Shown: piece after piece, positions 47,501 to 56,156 of the stretch
Layout of the letters: each line of letters begins with the position of its first letter
Position numbering within the stretch: the stretch's first letter is position 1
DNA from: an uncultured Chloroflexia bacterium
GTDB lineage: Bacteria; Chloroflexota; Limnocylindria; Limnocylindrales; CSP1-4
Length of the DNA: 64,000 nt
Direction: 5' to 3'
NCBI GenBank assembly: GCA_963713975.1
Contig: OY970218.1
Location: forward strand, 480,001 to 544,000
Made by a program: the position numbers and the translations under genes
Notes under the pieces: generated by a model
Told to the model about the DNA's origin: nothing
What the model saw: only the letters and a program-made list of their open reading frames with translations
Databases searched by the model: none

Positions 47501-48085
47501 GAGGGCGTTGTCGTTGGTGTCGAGCCGGCCGCGCTCGATCGACTGGCCGGCCGCAGGCGCCGTAGCTGGCGTGCCCTCGACGAACCCGTTGGCCGCGTCG
47601 CCCCAGCCGACCGCGTCGATCGCGATACCACCCACGGGCCGCACCACGATCGCCCCACCGGTCGCGGCCAGGCCACCCGAGTAGGTGGCGTCCGCGGCGG
47701 CCGCGTAGATGCCAAGGGCATTCGCGAGCAGCACGTGACGGCCCGGCGCCACCGGGAGGGGCGTCGTCCAGGCGGTCTTGCGCGTCACCGTCGCTCCCGA
47801 GCTGGTGACGTAGGCGACCTCCAGCCCATTGAGGTCCAAGCCGGCCGGGCCGGCGTTGGCCAACTCGATGTACTCGTCCGAGGCAGACGCGCCACCCGTC
47901 ATGACCTCCGCGACGACGAGGCCGGCCGAGGGCGGCCAGCCGACAGCGGCCACGTTCGCCATCGACAGGGTCAGGGAATCCGGTGGCGATGGCCATGCGG
48001 TGGTGCCGAGCAGCAGGACGATGAGGAGGGCAGCAACTGCCACGGGCCGGACACGCGCCATCGAGGACCTCCGGGGGCGGGACAT
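44576..48085 (-). CDS. secreted/anchored lamin-tail-domain + multi-OB-fold protein
   Basis: Signal peptide; LTD-like ([26 protein letters not shown]); PT linker; repeated OB-like units; C-terminal TM and basic tail. Confidence 0.75.
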   Translation of the reverse strand: MSRPRRSSMARVRPVAVAALLIVLLLGTTAWPSPPDSLTLSMANVAAVGWPPSAGLVVAEVMTGGASASDEYIELANAGPAGLDLNGLEVAYVTSSGATVTRKTAWTTPLPVAPGRHVLLANALGIYAAAADATYSGGLAATGGAIVVRPVGGIAIDAVGWGDAANGFVEGTPATAPAAGQSIERGRLDTNDNALDFAVNAAPAAQGLSWEPAPVPTPTPTPTPTPTPTVAPTPTPTPTPMPTPTPTPTPAPTPTLAPTPTPTATPTATPTPTPAPTPTPSPAPTPQPTPRPVQPISAVRALPDAASAEIEGTLTTALGVLESGHAGFVQDGTAGIAVYIDSPLVTPVPAGTRVRLAGTLDTRYAQRTLRVSAAGIVPYGEGSLASPVAVRTVDAAEPVEGLRVSLTGTVTEAPSDLGDGLGLMIDDGSGPVRVIVAPDALGDLLPVTGAIVTATGPLGQRDSSGTGVAGYRLYATLPGELAIVPPSPTPSPAPSLSPAPTPADSPSPTAVPSPTVAPSVSPSASPSPSTSPSPSSVPLSVEAARAAPEGSTVTARGIVIAEAGRLGTPPLFAIGDTTAGLPVKLTEGQVAPARGTVIEVRGKIAAPYGQTELRLVADGLAVIGVAAAPAPAAFQAGAVGEATEGRLATLTGSITVGATKATSGDLALTIKGSDGTTVRVLADASAGLDRAMLGKGRTVTLTGIIGQRATRKGALDGYRLWIRDPADVVTEPGPSATPGASASPRPSASPSTVPLLTIAAARVREGRHVTIEGTVTVNGSLLDATGRRTIVEDGTAAIELYLGAPDASIRTGARVRVTGVVGRAWGAPRLRVDAIRVLGKREPVVHDLRVAPGAATEWGLVRMRGTLAEVHRSGDKWTAELVAGSLRVPLQGLAGGGVKVGSVVEGRSATVIGIVKRPYPTAKDRRFGVVPRVASDLALGPATPAGSGTPAGSATSGQGTGGTSAQGTGGTASGDTAESSATGTDVALADLGTHLGSIVRVGGLVTAVEPGGVRLDDGTATARIMLEADAAGLVDLLQPGDALNATGVPEGGDEVVLVVTDPSGIVLLGDLGGYGDAPPSDDAGVALAAAGGTGAGPHAGQLDAAPVSRSGPDLLPGGLVVLAILAVAGAVVLGVPARRHVTARRRLRDRIQARIDAITGSPPGSSADA
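47205..47455 (-). repeat. Pro-Thr low-complexity linker (coding)
   Basis: PTPTPTPT... encoded by gtcggg/gtcggt hexamer repeats. Confidence 0.85.
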
Positions 48086-48217
48086 CGGTGGCGGGGGCGG
48101 GTGATGGGCAGGTTACGCACCCTCACTTATGCGCTGCTCAACTCCACAACGTCGGCGAGCCGGTACCATGCTCCGGCTGCGCCCGACTCGCGTGGTCCCT
48201 TTCGACAGGAGGAGCTC

Positions 48218-48973
48218 GTGCCCCGCGCCAAGCGCACCGATCGCACCGATGCCCGACGCCGCTACCGGGCGGAGCAGGTGGCGCTTGCCGACGCCGAGCT
48301 CGACGACGAGCTCGTCGATGCGCCTGCGACGGCGGACCGGAAGCCGAGCGCCAAGTCGGGTCGGCCGGCACCGGCGGCGCGCCCGGGGATCATGAGCTCC
48401 TTCAAGGGCGCAATCCGTCCGCTGGACCTGCCCGGCGACCTGCGCGCCTTCCCCCAGGTCCTCACGAATTGGGGCTTCCTCGCGGCGATGGGCGTCACCC
48501 TCGCCGCCGCCGCCTGGTTCGTCATCGCGTATTCACCGGCCATGTCCGAGATCCCGGCCGGGACGGGCACGACCGCCCAGCTCGAGGCCGTCGTGGGGAC
48601 CAACACCATCCCGTACTTCCTGGGCACGATGGCGCTGCAGCCACCGCCGGCCATCGGCGCCTTCCTGATCGGCTTCGCGGCCAAGCGGGCGAGCTGGCTG
48701 GGCGGCTTCATCTACGGGATCTTCGTCACGATCGTCGCGATCGTGGTCCTTCAGACGCCGTCCGGGCGACTGCTCACCGGCGATGGCTCCACGGACGCGA
48801 TCCTCGTCGGCCACGCGGCCTGGTCTCCGGTCGGCGCAATGCTGTTCGCCTCGGCAGCCGCCTGGTATCGCCGGTTCCTCGACCTCGCCAACCCGAACCG
48901 CGGACAGCGTGGCAAGGACGCCAAGGGCCAGCAGGGTCGCGGCAAGTCGTCCAAGCCCAAGTCCACCCGCTGA
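48218..48973 (+). CDS. hypothetical membrane protein
   Basis: SD AGGAGG, GTG start, basic N-terminus, about 4 TM. Confidence 0.75.
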   Translation: MPRAKRTDRTDARRRYRAEQVALADAELDDELVDAPATADRKPSAKSGRPAPAARPGIMSSFKGAIRPLDLPGDLRAFPQVLTNWGFLAAMGVTLAAAAWFVIAYSPAMSEIPAGTGTTAQLEAVVGTNTIPYFLGTMALQPPPAIGAFLIGFAAKRASWLGGFIYGIFVTIVAIVVLQTPSGRLLTGDGSTDAILVGHAAWSPVGAMLFASAAAWYRRFLDLANPNRGQRGKDAKGQQGRGKSSKPKSTR

Positions 48974-49204
48974 GATTCCGGCCGGTCCAATCCGACCGCC
49001 GCCCTCGCGCGAACACGGGGTAGACACGTCTCGCCTCGGCGTCGGCGGCCCCGTGAATGGAAGCTCGGGCCGGACCCGGGGCCGCCGCCTTCGGGGCGAG
49101 GCGTGCCTGGCGGCAGCGGACCTGGCTCCTCCTCCACCGCTGCCGCCACTCCCCCCCTCCCGCGGTGATCCCCTCCGGGTCCCCGCATGCCCGACGGCGC
49201 ACTC

Positions 49205-52200
49205 CTAGCCGAGCCTTCTCATCCCGGCCTGGCCAAGCTGGCGAACGCCCGACGGTGACGCGGGGCCACCCGCCGCGGACGCCGCGTCCACCAGCGGTCG
49301 AACCTCCCGCGCCACCACGTTCACCACGTCTCCCTCCCGCTGCAGGTCCCCGTCCACCAGCAGCAGTGCGTGACGCCGGACCACGGAGCGCAGCCGCTGC
49401 CACGTGGACGGCCAGAGCGTGACGTTGACCATGCCGGTCTCGTCCTCCAGCGCGAGGAAAACCGTTCCCCGTGCCGTCATCGGGTGCTGTCGCGTGACCA
49501 CCAGGCCGCCAAGGAGAACCCTTCCCGGGCGTCGATCGGCCAGCGCGGCGTTGGGCACGGCACCCATCAGGTCCAGTGTCCCCCTGAACAGCGCCACCAC
49601 CTGGCGTCGGGCGTCCAGCCCCACCACGGCGTAGGCGTCACCGAGACGCTCGGGCTCCGTGATCTCCGGCAGCGACGGCGCCTCCGTGGCGGGCAGACGC
49701 AGGTCCATCGGCCGGCCGGCGGCCCGCGTGATCCCCTTCGGACCTCGCCGCTTGCCGTCGATGCGCCCCCTGGCCGCCCCGGCCACCTCGCGCAGCTGCC
49801 ACAGCAGCTCCCGGCGGGGGTGGCCCAGCGAGTCCAGCGCGCCCGCCCGGATCAGGCGCTCGACCACGTCCTCCGCGAGGCCCGTCCGTTCCACCACGTC
49901 TGCCAGGCCCGTGTACGGCCCGCGAGCCAGCTCCGCGTCCAGGCGCGCCTGCTGCTCCTCGCCGATCCCCTTGACCAGGTGCAGCCCGAGACGGATCCCC
50001 CAGCCGGTCATGCTCTCCGCGGCCCAGCGATCCCGCGCCGCCGCCCCGGGGATCACGCAGGCACTCGAACGGACCGGCGTGGGCCTGGCCTCGATCCCGC
50101 ACCCGTCGGGCAGCTGCTCGCCGACATCCCGATCGTGCGAGCCGTCGTCGCCTGCCGTTCCCGCCAGCGCCCATCCGGGTCGCCCGACCCACTCGGTCGT
50201 CGTGCGATACGAGCTCCTGTTGACGTCGACCGGGAGGACCGCGACCCCGTGGCGCTTCGCATCGTTGACCAGGACCTCGACCGGGTAGAAGCCCATCGGC
50301 TGGGCATTGACCAGCCCGACGGTGAACTGCGCCGGGTAGAACAGCTTGAGGAAGCTGGACTCGTAGGCGGTCCGGGCGAAGGCCGCGGCATGGCTCTTGG
50401 CGAACCCGAACGAGGCGAAGGCGGCGCAGCGGCGGAACAGCTCCTCGGCATCGTCGGGAGGCATCCCCCGCACGCGCACGCAGCCGTCCACGAACTCCGC
50501 GTGGAGCCGCTCCATCTCGCCCGCAGAGCGGTACGTGCCCATCGCCCGCCGGAACCCGTCCGACCCGGCCGGCGTGAACCCCGCGACGTCGATCGCGATC
50601 TTCATCACCTGCTCCTGGTACAGGATCACGCCCAGGGTGTCGTGAAGGATCGGCTCCAGGCTCGGGTGGAGGTACGCGACCGGCTCCAGGCCCTGCTTGC
50701 GGCGCAGGTACGGGTGGACCGCGTTCCCCTGGATCGGACCCGGGCGGATGATCGCCACCTCCACCACCAGGTCGTCCAGGCTGGCCGGCCGCGACTTCGG
50801 CAGGGTCTGCATCTGCGCCCGGCTCTCCACCTGGAACACGCCCACGGTGTCCGCGGCCTGGAGCATCGCGAACACCTCGGGGACCTCCTCCGGCAGGCGA
50901 TCGAGGTCGAGGCAGACGGCGCAGTCGTGCTCGATCAGCTGGACCGTCTCGTCGATGGCGGCGAGCATGCCCAGGCCTAGCAGGTCAAGCTTGATCAGCT
51001 TCATCGTCTCGACGTCGCGCTTGTCGTACTGGACGACCACCCGGTCCTTCATCGTCGCCCGCTCGATGGGGGCGATGTCGATGAGGGGGGCCGCGGTCAC
51101 GAGCATGCCGCCCGAATGGATCGAGAGGTGGCGAGGGAAGCCGTCGATGCGGGCGCACAGCTCCAGCCAGCGCTCCCAGTCCGAGAGTCCCGCGACGGAC
51201 CCTTGGTGCCTGCCCGGACCGCTCTCGGGATCGACGCGGCGCGTGACCTCGCGGTAGGGCGCCCAGCGCTCTGCGCCGTTCGGCGGTCCCTCGCGAATCC
51301 AGCGCTCGCTCACCGGGGAGTCGCCGGGGCCGCCTTCATCCTCGCCCGGGCGGAAGTCGAGCGGCTCCCGGCCAGGACGCCCCGGCGGCGTACCAGCCAC
51401 CCTCCGGGCGCCAGGATCGCCCGAATCCCCCGCGGAACCACTCGATCCGGCCCCACCTGCGCCGGGCGCCGCAGCCGGGCCGAGCCGCCCGCCGCTCACA
51501 TGGTTGAGCTGGCCCATCGCGTCCGTGAGCCCGCGCTCACCCGCCAGTGCCGCCGCACCCACAGCCGCCAGTTCGGCCACCAACCGCCGCGCGCCTCGCG
51601 CCGCGTCCGGGACGGGCACCGCGCCCGCAGGGCCCTCGTCGGCAGGACCCTCACCCTCCCCGTCCCCCGGTCGCGCGAAGAACTGCGCGAACCCGCCCTC
51701 GGCCTCGAGGTCCCGTCGCACCATCACGGAGTCGTAGGTCTCGAGCGCCTTCGCCACCCGGTCCACCAGCGGTCGCGGGAACCCCAGCGCGTGCCCCACC
51801 TCGCGCACTGCCGACCGCGCCCGGTACGTGACGAGGTTGCAGACCATCCCCGTGTGCTCCGGCCCGTACTTCCCGTAGACGTACTGGATCACCTCCTCCC
51901 GTCGCTCGGAGGAGAAGTCGATGTCCACGTCCGGATAGGCCGTCCGCCCCTCGTTGATGAAGCGCTCGAACAGGAGCTCGTGGCGGATGGGGTCCACCCG
52001 TGCGATGCCCAGCACGTAGGCCACGATCGAGCCCGCCGCGCTCCCCCGCCCCTGCGCCGGGATGCCACGCGACTTGGCGAACTGCATCAGGTCCCAGCAG
52101 ATGAGGAAGAACTCCGCGAGACCGGTCTTCTCGATGACGTCCAGCTCGCGGGCCAGCTGCCGGAGGACGGCCGGCGTGAGCGGGTGGTATCGGCGCCGGG

Positions 52201-53374
52201 CACCCTCCCAGCACAGCTCGGACAGGTGGCTGAACGGCGTCTGGCCCTTCGGTACCTTGAAGCCCGGGAAGCGGTAGCGCTCGAACGCCAGCTCGACACG
52301 ACAGGCCTCGGCAATCTCCGCCGATGCGGCGATCCCTGCCCGCCACGCCCGCGCCAGGACGGGGTCGGCAGCCTCGGTCGCCGGCTCACCGGGCGGCAGG
52401 GCGAGGAGCTCCGGCGCACCCTTGAGGTACGACTCCCCATCCGGCCGGCGCAGGTCCGCCAGGTCCGTGAGCGACCGTCCGTGGCGGATCGCGGTCAGCA
52501 CGTCCTGGAGCTCGCGGCCCTCGGGGAGCGCGTAGTGGACGTCGTTGGCGACCACCACTGGCAGGCCCAGCTCATCAGCCAGGCGCGCGGTCTCGGATGC
52601 GAGCCAGTCGTCGTCGGGCAACAGGTGGTGCGAGAGCTCCAGCACGAACCCGGCGCCGGCCACGCCCCCGGTCGCACTGCCGGCTGCGCCCGATCCCGCG
52701 ACCTGCGATCCGAACAGTGCTGCGTACCGCTCCGCCATCGCCCGCGCCCCCTCGCGGTCCCCGGCACGCAGCCGCCGCGCCAGCTCCCCGTGCCGGCATC
52801 CCGACAGCGCGATCAGCCCCTCCGTGTGCTCGGCCAGGAGCGCCTGGGTCAGCCTGGGGACCGACTTCGTGCCGGCCAGGTTCGCCCGCGACACGAGCCG
52901 GCAAAGACTCCGCCAGCCCGTCGCGTCCCGGGCCAGCAGCACCAGGTGCGGGCCGCGCTGCGCCTCTCCGACTCCCCGGTGATCCTCCTTCACCGCCTGT
53001 CGATGGCCCGGCAGCCGTAGCCGATCAGGGCCTGGGCGGGCGGGGCGACCGTCCACGGGACGCGGGGCCTCGGGACGGACCGGCACCCGACGTCCCGGCC
53101 TCCACATGCGCCTCGCCGGCACCACGATCCCGCCCGGGTCCGGCACCACCGCATCGATGAGCTCCACCTCGATCCCGATCACCGGGCGCAGCCCCGCAGC
53201 CTCCGCGGCGGCGGAGAACCGGACGGCCCCGTACAGGCCCTGGTGGTCTGTGATGGCGAGGCCCACCAGCCCCAGCCCCACGGCTCGCGCGACGAGATCG
53301 TCGGGAGCGGATGCCCCGTCCAGGAACGAGAAGTGGGTGTGGCAGTGCAGCTCGGCGTAGGGGGGAGGGGCCAC
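49205..53374 (-). CDS. dnaE2: error-prone DNA polymerase DnaE2/ImuC with large insertions
   Basis: PHP ELHCHTHFSFLDG, GRGSAAGS, PDVDIDF, FPRHLSIHSGG, KLDLLGLGML, FAKSHA, QPMGFY, OB domain. Confidence 0.93.
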   Translation of the reverse strand: MAPPPYAELHCHTHFSFLDGASAPDDLVARAVGLGLVGLAITDHQGLYGAVRFSAAAEAAGLRPVIGIEVELIDAVVPDPGGIVVPARRMWRPGRRVPVRPEAPRPVDGRPARPGPDRLRLPGHRQAVKEDHRGVGEAQRGPHLVLLARDATGWRSLCRLVSRANLAGTKSVPRLTQALLAEHTEGLIALSGCRHGELARRLRAGDREGARAMAERYAALFGSQVAGSGAAGSATGGVAGAGFVLELSHHLLPDDDWLASETARLADELGLPVVVANDVHYALPEGRELQDVLTAIRHGRSLTDLADLRRPDGESYLKGAPELLALPPGEPATEAADPVLARAWRAGIAASAEIAEACRVELAFERYRFPGFKVPKGQTPFSHLSELCWEGARRRYHPLTPAVLRQLARELDVIEKTGLAEFFLICWDLMQFAKSRGIPAQGRGSAAGSIVAYVLGIARVDPIRHELLFERFINEGRTAYPDVDIDFSSERREEVIQYVYGKYGPEHTGMVCNLVTYRARSAVREVGHALGFPRPLVDRVAKALETYDSVMVRRDLEAEGGFAQFFARPGDGEGEGPADEGPAGAVPVPDAARGARRLVAELAAVGAAALAGERGLTDAMGQLNHVSGGRLGPAAAPGAGGAGSSGSAGDSGDPGARRVAGTPPGRPGREPLDFRPGEDEGGPGDSPVSERWIREGPPNGAERWAPYREVTRRVDPESGPGRHQGSVAGLSDWERWLELCARIDGFPRHLSIHSGGMLVTAAPLIDIAPIERATMKDRVVVQYDKRDVETMKLIKLDLLGLGMLAAIDETVQLIEHDCAVCLDLDRLPEEVPEVFAMLQAADTVGVFQVESRAQMQTLPKSRPASLDDLVVEVAIIRPGPIQGNAVHPYLRRKQGLEPVAYLHPSLEPILHDTLGVILYQEQVMKIAIDVAGFTPAGSDGFRRAMGTYRSAGEMERLHAEFVDGCVRVRGMPPDDAEELFRRCAAFASFGFAKSHAAAFARTAYESSFLKLFYPAQFTVGLVNAQPMGFYPVEVLVNDAKRHGVAVLPVDVNRSSYRTTTEWVGRPGWALAGTAGDDGSHDRDVGEQLPDGCGIEARPTPVRSSACVIPGAAARDRWAAESMTGWGIRLGLHLVKGIGEEQQARLDAELARGPYTGLADVVERTGLAEDVVERLIRAGALDSLGHPRRELLWQLREVAGAARGRIDGKRRGPKGITRAAGRPMDLRLPATEAPSLPEITEPERLGDAYAVVGLDARRQVVALFRGTLDLMGAVPNAALADRRPGRVLLGGLVVTRQHPMTARGTVFLALEDETGMVNVTLWPSTWQRLRSVVRRHALLLVDGDLQREGDVVNVVAREVRPLVDAASAAGGPASPSGVRQLGQAGMRRLG

Positions 53375-53404
53375 GACGACGGTCTCCGGGGGGCGGGTCG
53401 GAAT

Positions 53405-53424
53405 GATAGAACATCTGTTCTATC
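53405..53424. promoter_or_regulatory. LexA SOS box upstream of dnaE2
   Basis: GATAGAAC-ATCT-GTTCTATC (GAAC-N4-GTTC) overlapping minus-strand TATCAT -10. Confidence 0.88.
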
Positions 53425-53446
53425 GACACCAGCCCCATCGGGCCTG

Positions 53447-54133
53447 TCAGGCGGTGACGGAGACCTCTGCCAGCGACGCCACCACGACGTGCGCCCCGGC
53501 CGACGCAAGGTCGACGTCGTCGCGATCGGGCACCCCGACCACGAATAGCCCGGCATCGACCGCCGCCCGGACGCCCATCGGCGAGTCCTCGAACGCGATC
53601 GCATCGGCAGGCGCCACGCCCAGCGCCTGGCAGGCCGCCGCATAGACGTCCGGCAGGGGCTTGGGCCGCCCCATGTCCGCCCCGGAGACCACCACCCCCA
53701 GCATCGCCAGGCCCGAGACGTCCAGCGCCCGGCGAACCAGGACCGCCGACGTGTTGGACGCGACGGCGAGCGCGATCCGCCCGTCGAGGGCCTCGACCAG
53801 CTCACGGGCTCCGGCACATGCGGGCGCCCCGGCCGAGTAGTGGGCCAGCATGATCTCGACGATCTCTCGCTCGATGGCCTCGGCGGGGAGCCCCAGCCGC
53901 CGTGCGCAGGCTTCCGCGGTCTCGGCGACGGCCCGGCCGTGCGAGGCCTCCATGTCGGCGGCCGAGAAGACGTCGCCGTGCCGCTCCAGCAGCTCACGTT
54001 CGGCGTCGTGCCAGAGGGGCTCCGTGTCGAGCAGGAGCCCGTCCATATCGAACACGGCGGCATGGAAGCGCCCCGGCAGGAGCAGCGGCGCGGCAGACGG
54101 CGAGACGGGAGACTGGAGGGGGCGGAGCGTCAA
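53447..54133 (-). CDS. HAD-family phosphatase
   Basis: FDMDGLLLDTE, ASN, KPLPDVY, FEDSPMG. Confidence 0.9.
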   Translation of the reverse strand: MTLRPLQSPVSPSAAPLLLPGRFHAAVFDMDGLLLDTEPLWHDAERELLERHGDVFSAADMEASHGRAVAETAEACARRLGLPAEAIEREIVEIMLAHYSAGAPACAGARELVEALDGRIALAVASNTSAVLVRRALDVSGLAMLGVVVSGADMGRPKPLPDVYAAACQALGVAPADAIAFEDSPMGVRAAVDAGLFVVGVPDRDDVDLASAGAHVVVASLAEVSVTA

Positions 54134-54535
54134 CGAGGTCCTCGGGGCAAGGGGAACAGGGGGCCGTGGGGAGGCAGGGCGGCGGCCGGGCGATTGTAGC
54201 GGGGTGTAGACGGCCGCCCTCGGCCCGACCCGAGCGACAGTGGGCGCTCGATCTGTCAGGCGCCGCGCATGCGTCCCCTCCGTGGGCCCCCGGAGCCGCC
54301 GGGCGGCTCAACGGTCTGGTGCGTGCCGGTTAGCGCCGCTGGGCGGCACATCCGTCGAGCGCAAAAGCCTCCACAGCACACAGACGTACCGCTGGGCGAG
54401 TGGATCAGCTGCGCACCCGACGGTTCAACCGCTGAGCGGCACGCCGCGGCGCCGGGTCGAGCACGCCGCGCCACACCGTGTCCGGCCGAGATTCGCCCGT
54501 CGGGACCGAAACCAAACCGTGGGCTCGCGCGTCTC

Positions 54536-54679
54536 ATGCGCGTGATCACGAACCTGAGCCACCGCTCCGACCACCGCGTCGCCCTCGAGGTCCTCCTGCG
54601 GATCGCGGCGGCCGCGCTGGTGGCGATCGCGATCTTCGGCCTCCTTCCCGCGATCGCAGGGGCGGCCATGCAGGCATAG
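54536..54679 (+). CDS. 47-aa single-TM microprotein
   Basis: MRVITNLSHRSDHRVALEVLLRIAAAALVAIAIFGLLPAIAGAAMQA. Confidence 0.55.
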   Translation: MRVITNLSHRSDHRVALEVLLRIAAAALVAIAIFGLLPAIAGAAMQA

Positions 54680-54787
54680 TGTCGTCCCGCCTGCCTGGGG
54701 CTCGCGGAACGATCGAACGGCGGCGGTCGCCGCAACCAGCGATCGCCGACCCGTCTCCGGGCAGCCTGGGTCGCCCGGAGACCGCCA

Positions 54788-54821
54788 AAGGACCCTCGTC
54801 GCTGGGGCGGCGAGGGTCCTT
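54788..54821 (+). terminator. stable hairpin (second of a tandem pair)
   Basis: AAGGACCCTCGTCGC-TGGG-GCGGCGAGGGTCCTT; another stem at 54753-54782. Confidence 0.55.
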
Positions 54822-54865
54822 GCTCGTCCCAGGTGCGGGTGGCCGGTGGACCTCGGGCCGCTACC

Positions 54866-55471
54866 ATGAGCCTGATGCGTGTCCAGCCTGGCCGCCTGGC
54901 CTCCACCCCTGCCCCACTCCTGCGGACGCTGGCGCTGGCTGCCCTCCTTGCCGGCCTGGCTGCATGCGGCGGACCCGGCCCGTCCATCGCGCCGGCGCCG
55001 TCATCGGCAAACGGCGCGACCACAACGCCCGGCCCCATCGAGCCCACCCCGGTCCTGACCCAGGCGCCGCCGCCGACCGTCGTCCCGGGCGGACCCTCGG
55101 ACGTCCCGCCGAGCGAGCCATCGGCAACGTCGACCACGACGACCGACTGGGGCACCATCCTCGATGCCGTTCCCGAGGGGTTCCCGGTGTACCCGGGAGC
55201 GAACCCCGTGGAGGCATCGGGCGGTCCGGCCAGCGGCGCCTGGCTGTCGGCCGCGGTGGTGGACGACGTCGCCACGTGGTATCGGGACGCGCTGGAGGAG
55301 CTGGGCTTCACCACCGACGATCTCTCCTCGATGCTCGAGGATGGCAGCCGGGTCCTGGACACCGTCTCGGACCTGCCCGAGTGCCGGATCCGGACGACCT
55401 TCCGCCCGGCGGGCGAATCGACGATGATCATCGTGCTCTACGGCGCCGGCTGTGCCGGCGGCGAGGGTTGA
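54866..55471 (+). CDS. lipoprotein, unknown function
   Basis: Lipobox LAAC, Pro/Thr linker, small C-terminal domain with 2 Cys. Confidence 0.75.
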   Translation: MSLMRVQPGRLASTPAPLLRTLALAALLAGLAACGGPGPSIAPAPSSANGATTTPGPIEPTPVLTQAPPPTVVPGGPSDVPPSEPSATSTTTTDWGTILDAVPEGFPVYPGANPVEASGGPASGAWLSAAVVDDVATWYRDALEELGFTTDDLSSMLEDGSRVLDTVSDLPECRIRTTFRPAGESTMIIVLYGAGCAGGEG

Positions 55472-55496
55472 CCCGAAGACAAGGAGAAGCGACCGC

Positions 55497-55595
55497 ATGG
55501 AGCCCAAGACCCGCGAGTTCGTGAGCGCCGGCCTGCTGGTGGTGGTGCTGGTCGTCCTCGTCGTGCTGGTCGTCTTCGCGGCGATGCCGGCCTGA
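55497..55595 (+). CDS. 32-aa hydrophobic microprotein
   Basis: SD AAGGAG; MEPKTREFVSAGLLVVVLVVLVVLVVFAAMPA. Confidence 0.6.
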   Translation: MEPKTREFVSAGLLVVVLVVLVVLVVFAAMPA

Positions 55596-55700
55596 TCCGG
55601 CGCGGGCGCGTGGCGCGACCGCAACATCTGCATGGGGTCCGGCGTCTGGTAGCCGGCGACCGGCCGGGTATCGGTCCGAACCTTGGGGGAATGGGAACGA

Positions 55701-55808
55701 ATGCAGACGACACGACCGCGTGACCTCGGCGCTCTCGCCCTGGTCGTGGGCCTGTTCCTCGTGCTGCTCGTGGTCTCGATCGCGTTCGGATCGCCCGCGT
55801 TCCGCTGA
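55701..55808 (+). CDS. 35-aa hydrophobic microprotein
   Basis: MQTTRPRDLGALALVVGLFLVLLVVSIAFGSPAFR. Confidence 0.5.
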   Translation: MQTTRPRDLGALALVVGLFLVLLVVSIAFGSPAFR

Positions 55809-55871
55809 CGTTCCCGACCGTCGTCCGACCGGTCGCCGCCACCCTCCGGCCCGATCCGGGCCCCACCCGGG

Positions 55872-56120
55872 TCAATCGTAGAGCCGCTCCAGGTGCCACG
55901 TCCCGGCCACCCGGTCCAGGTAGACGAGCGCCAGCCACGACGCCCCGACCACCTTGAAGTAGTCGCGGGCGATCGGCTCCCGCCACCACGATTCCTCCAC
56001 CCGCCATCGATTGCAGACCTCGACGGGCTCCCGCCGGCCGTTCCAGCGGATGGCCACGAGGCGTCCGGCCGGGTCCAGCTCCGCGTCGACCAGCGGATGC
56101 TCGCGCAGCAGCCGGGTCAC
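55872..56120 (-). CDS. stand-alone ImuB C-terminal-like (DUF6504-like) protein
   Basis: WRVEESWW...RDYFKV...LVYLD...WHLERLYD; directly after imuB. Confidence 0.75.
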   Translation of the reverse strand: MTRLLREHPLVDAELDPAGRLVAIRWNGRREPVEVCNRWRVEESWWREPIARDYFKVVGASWLALVYLDRVAGTWHLERLYD

Positions 56121-56156
56121 CGCCGCTCCCCGGCCGTCATCGCCGCTCCTCGCCCA

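Noticed and set aside
51182-51675. Intein in DnaE2
   Set aside because: No N-terminal C/S block, no HN-C/S/T terminus, no LAGLIDADG; low-complexity sequence
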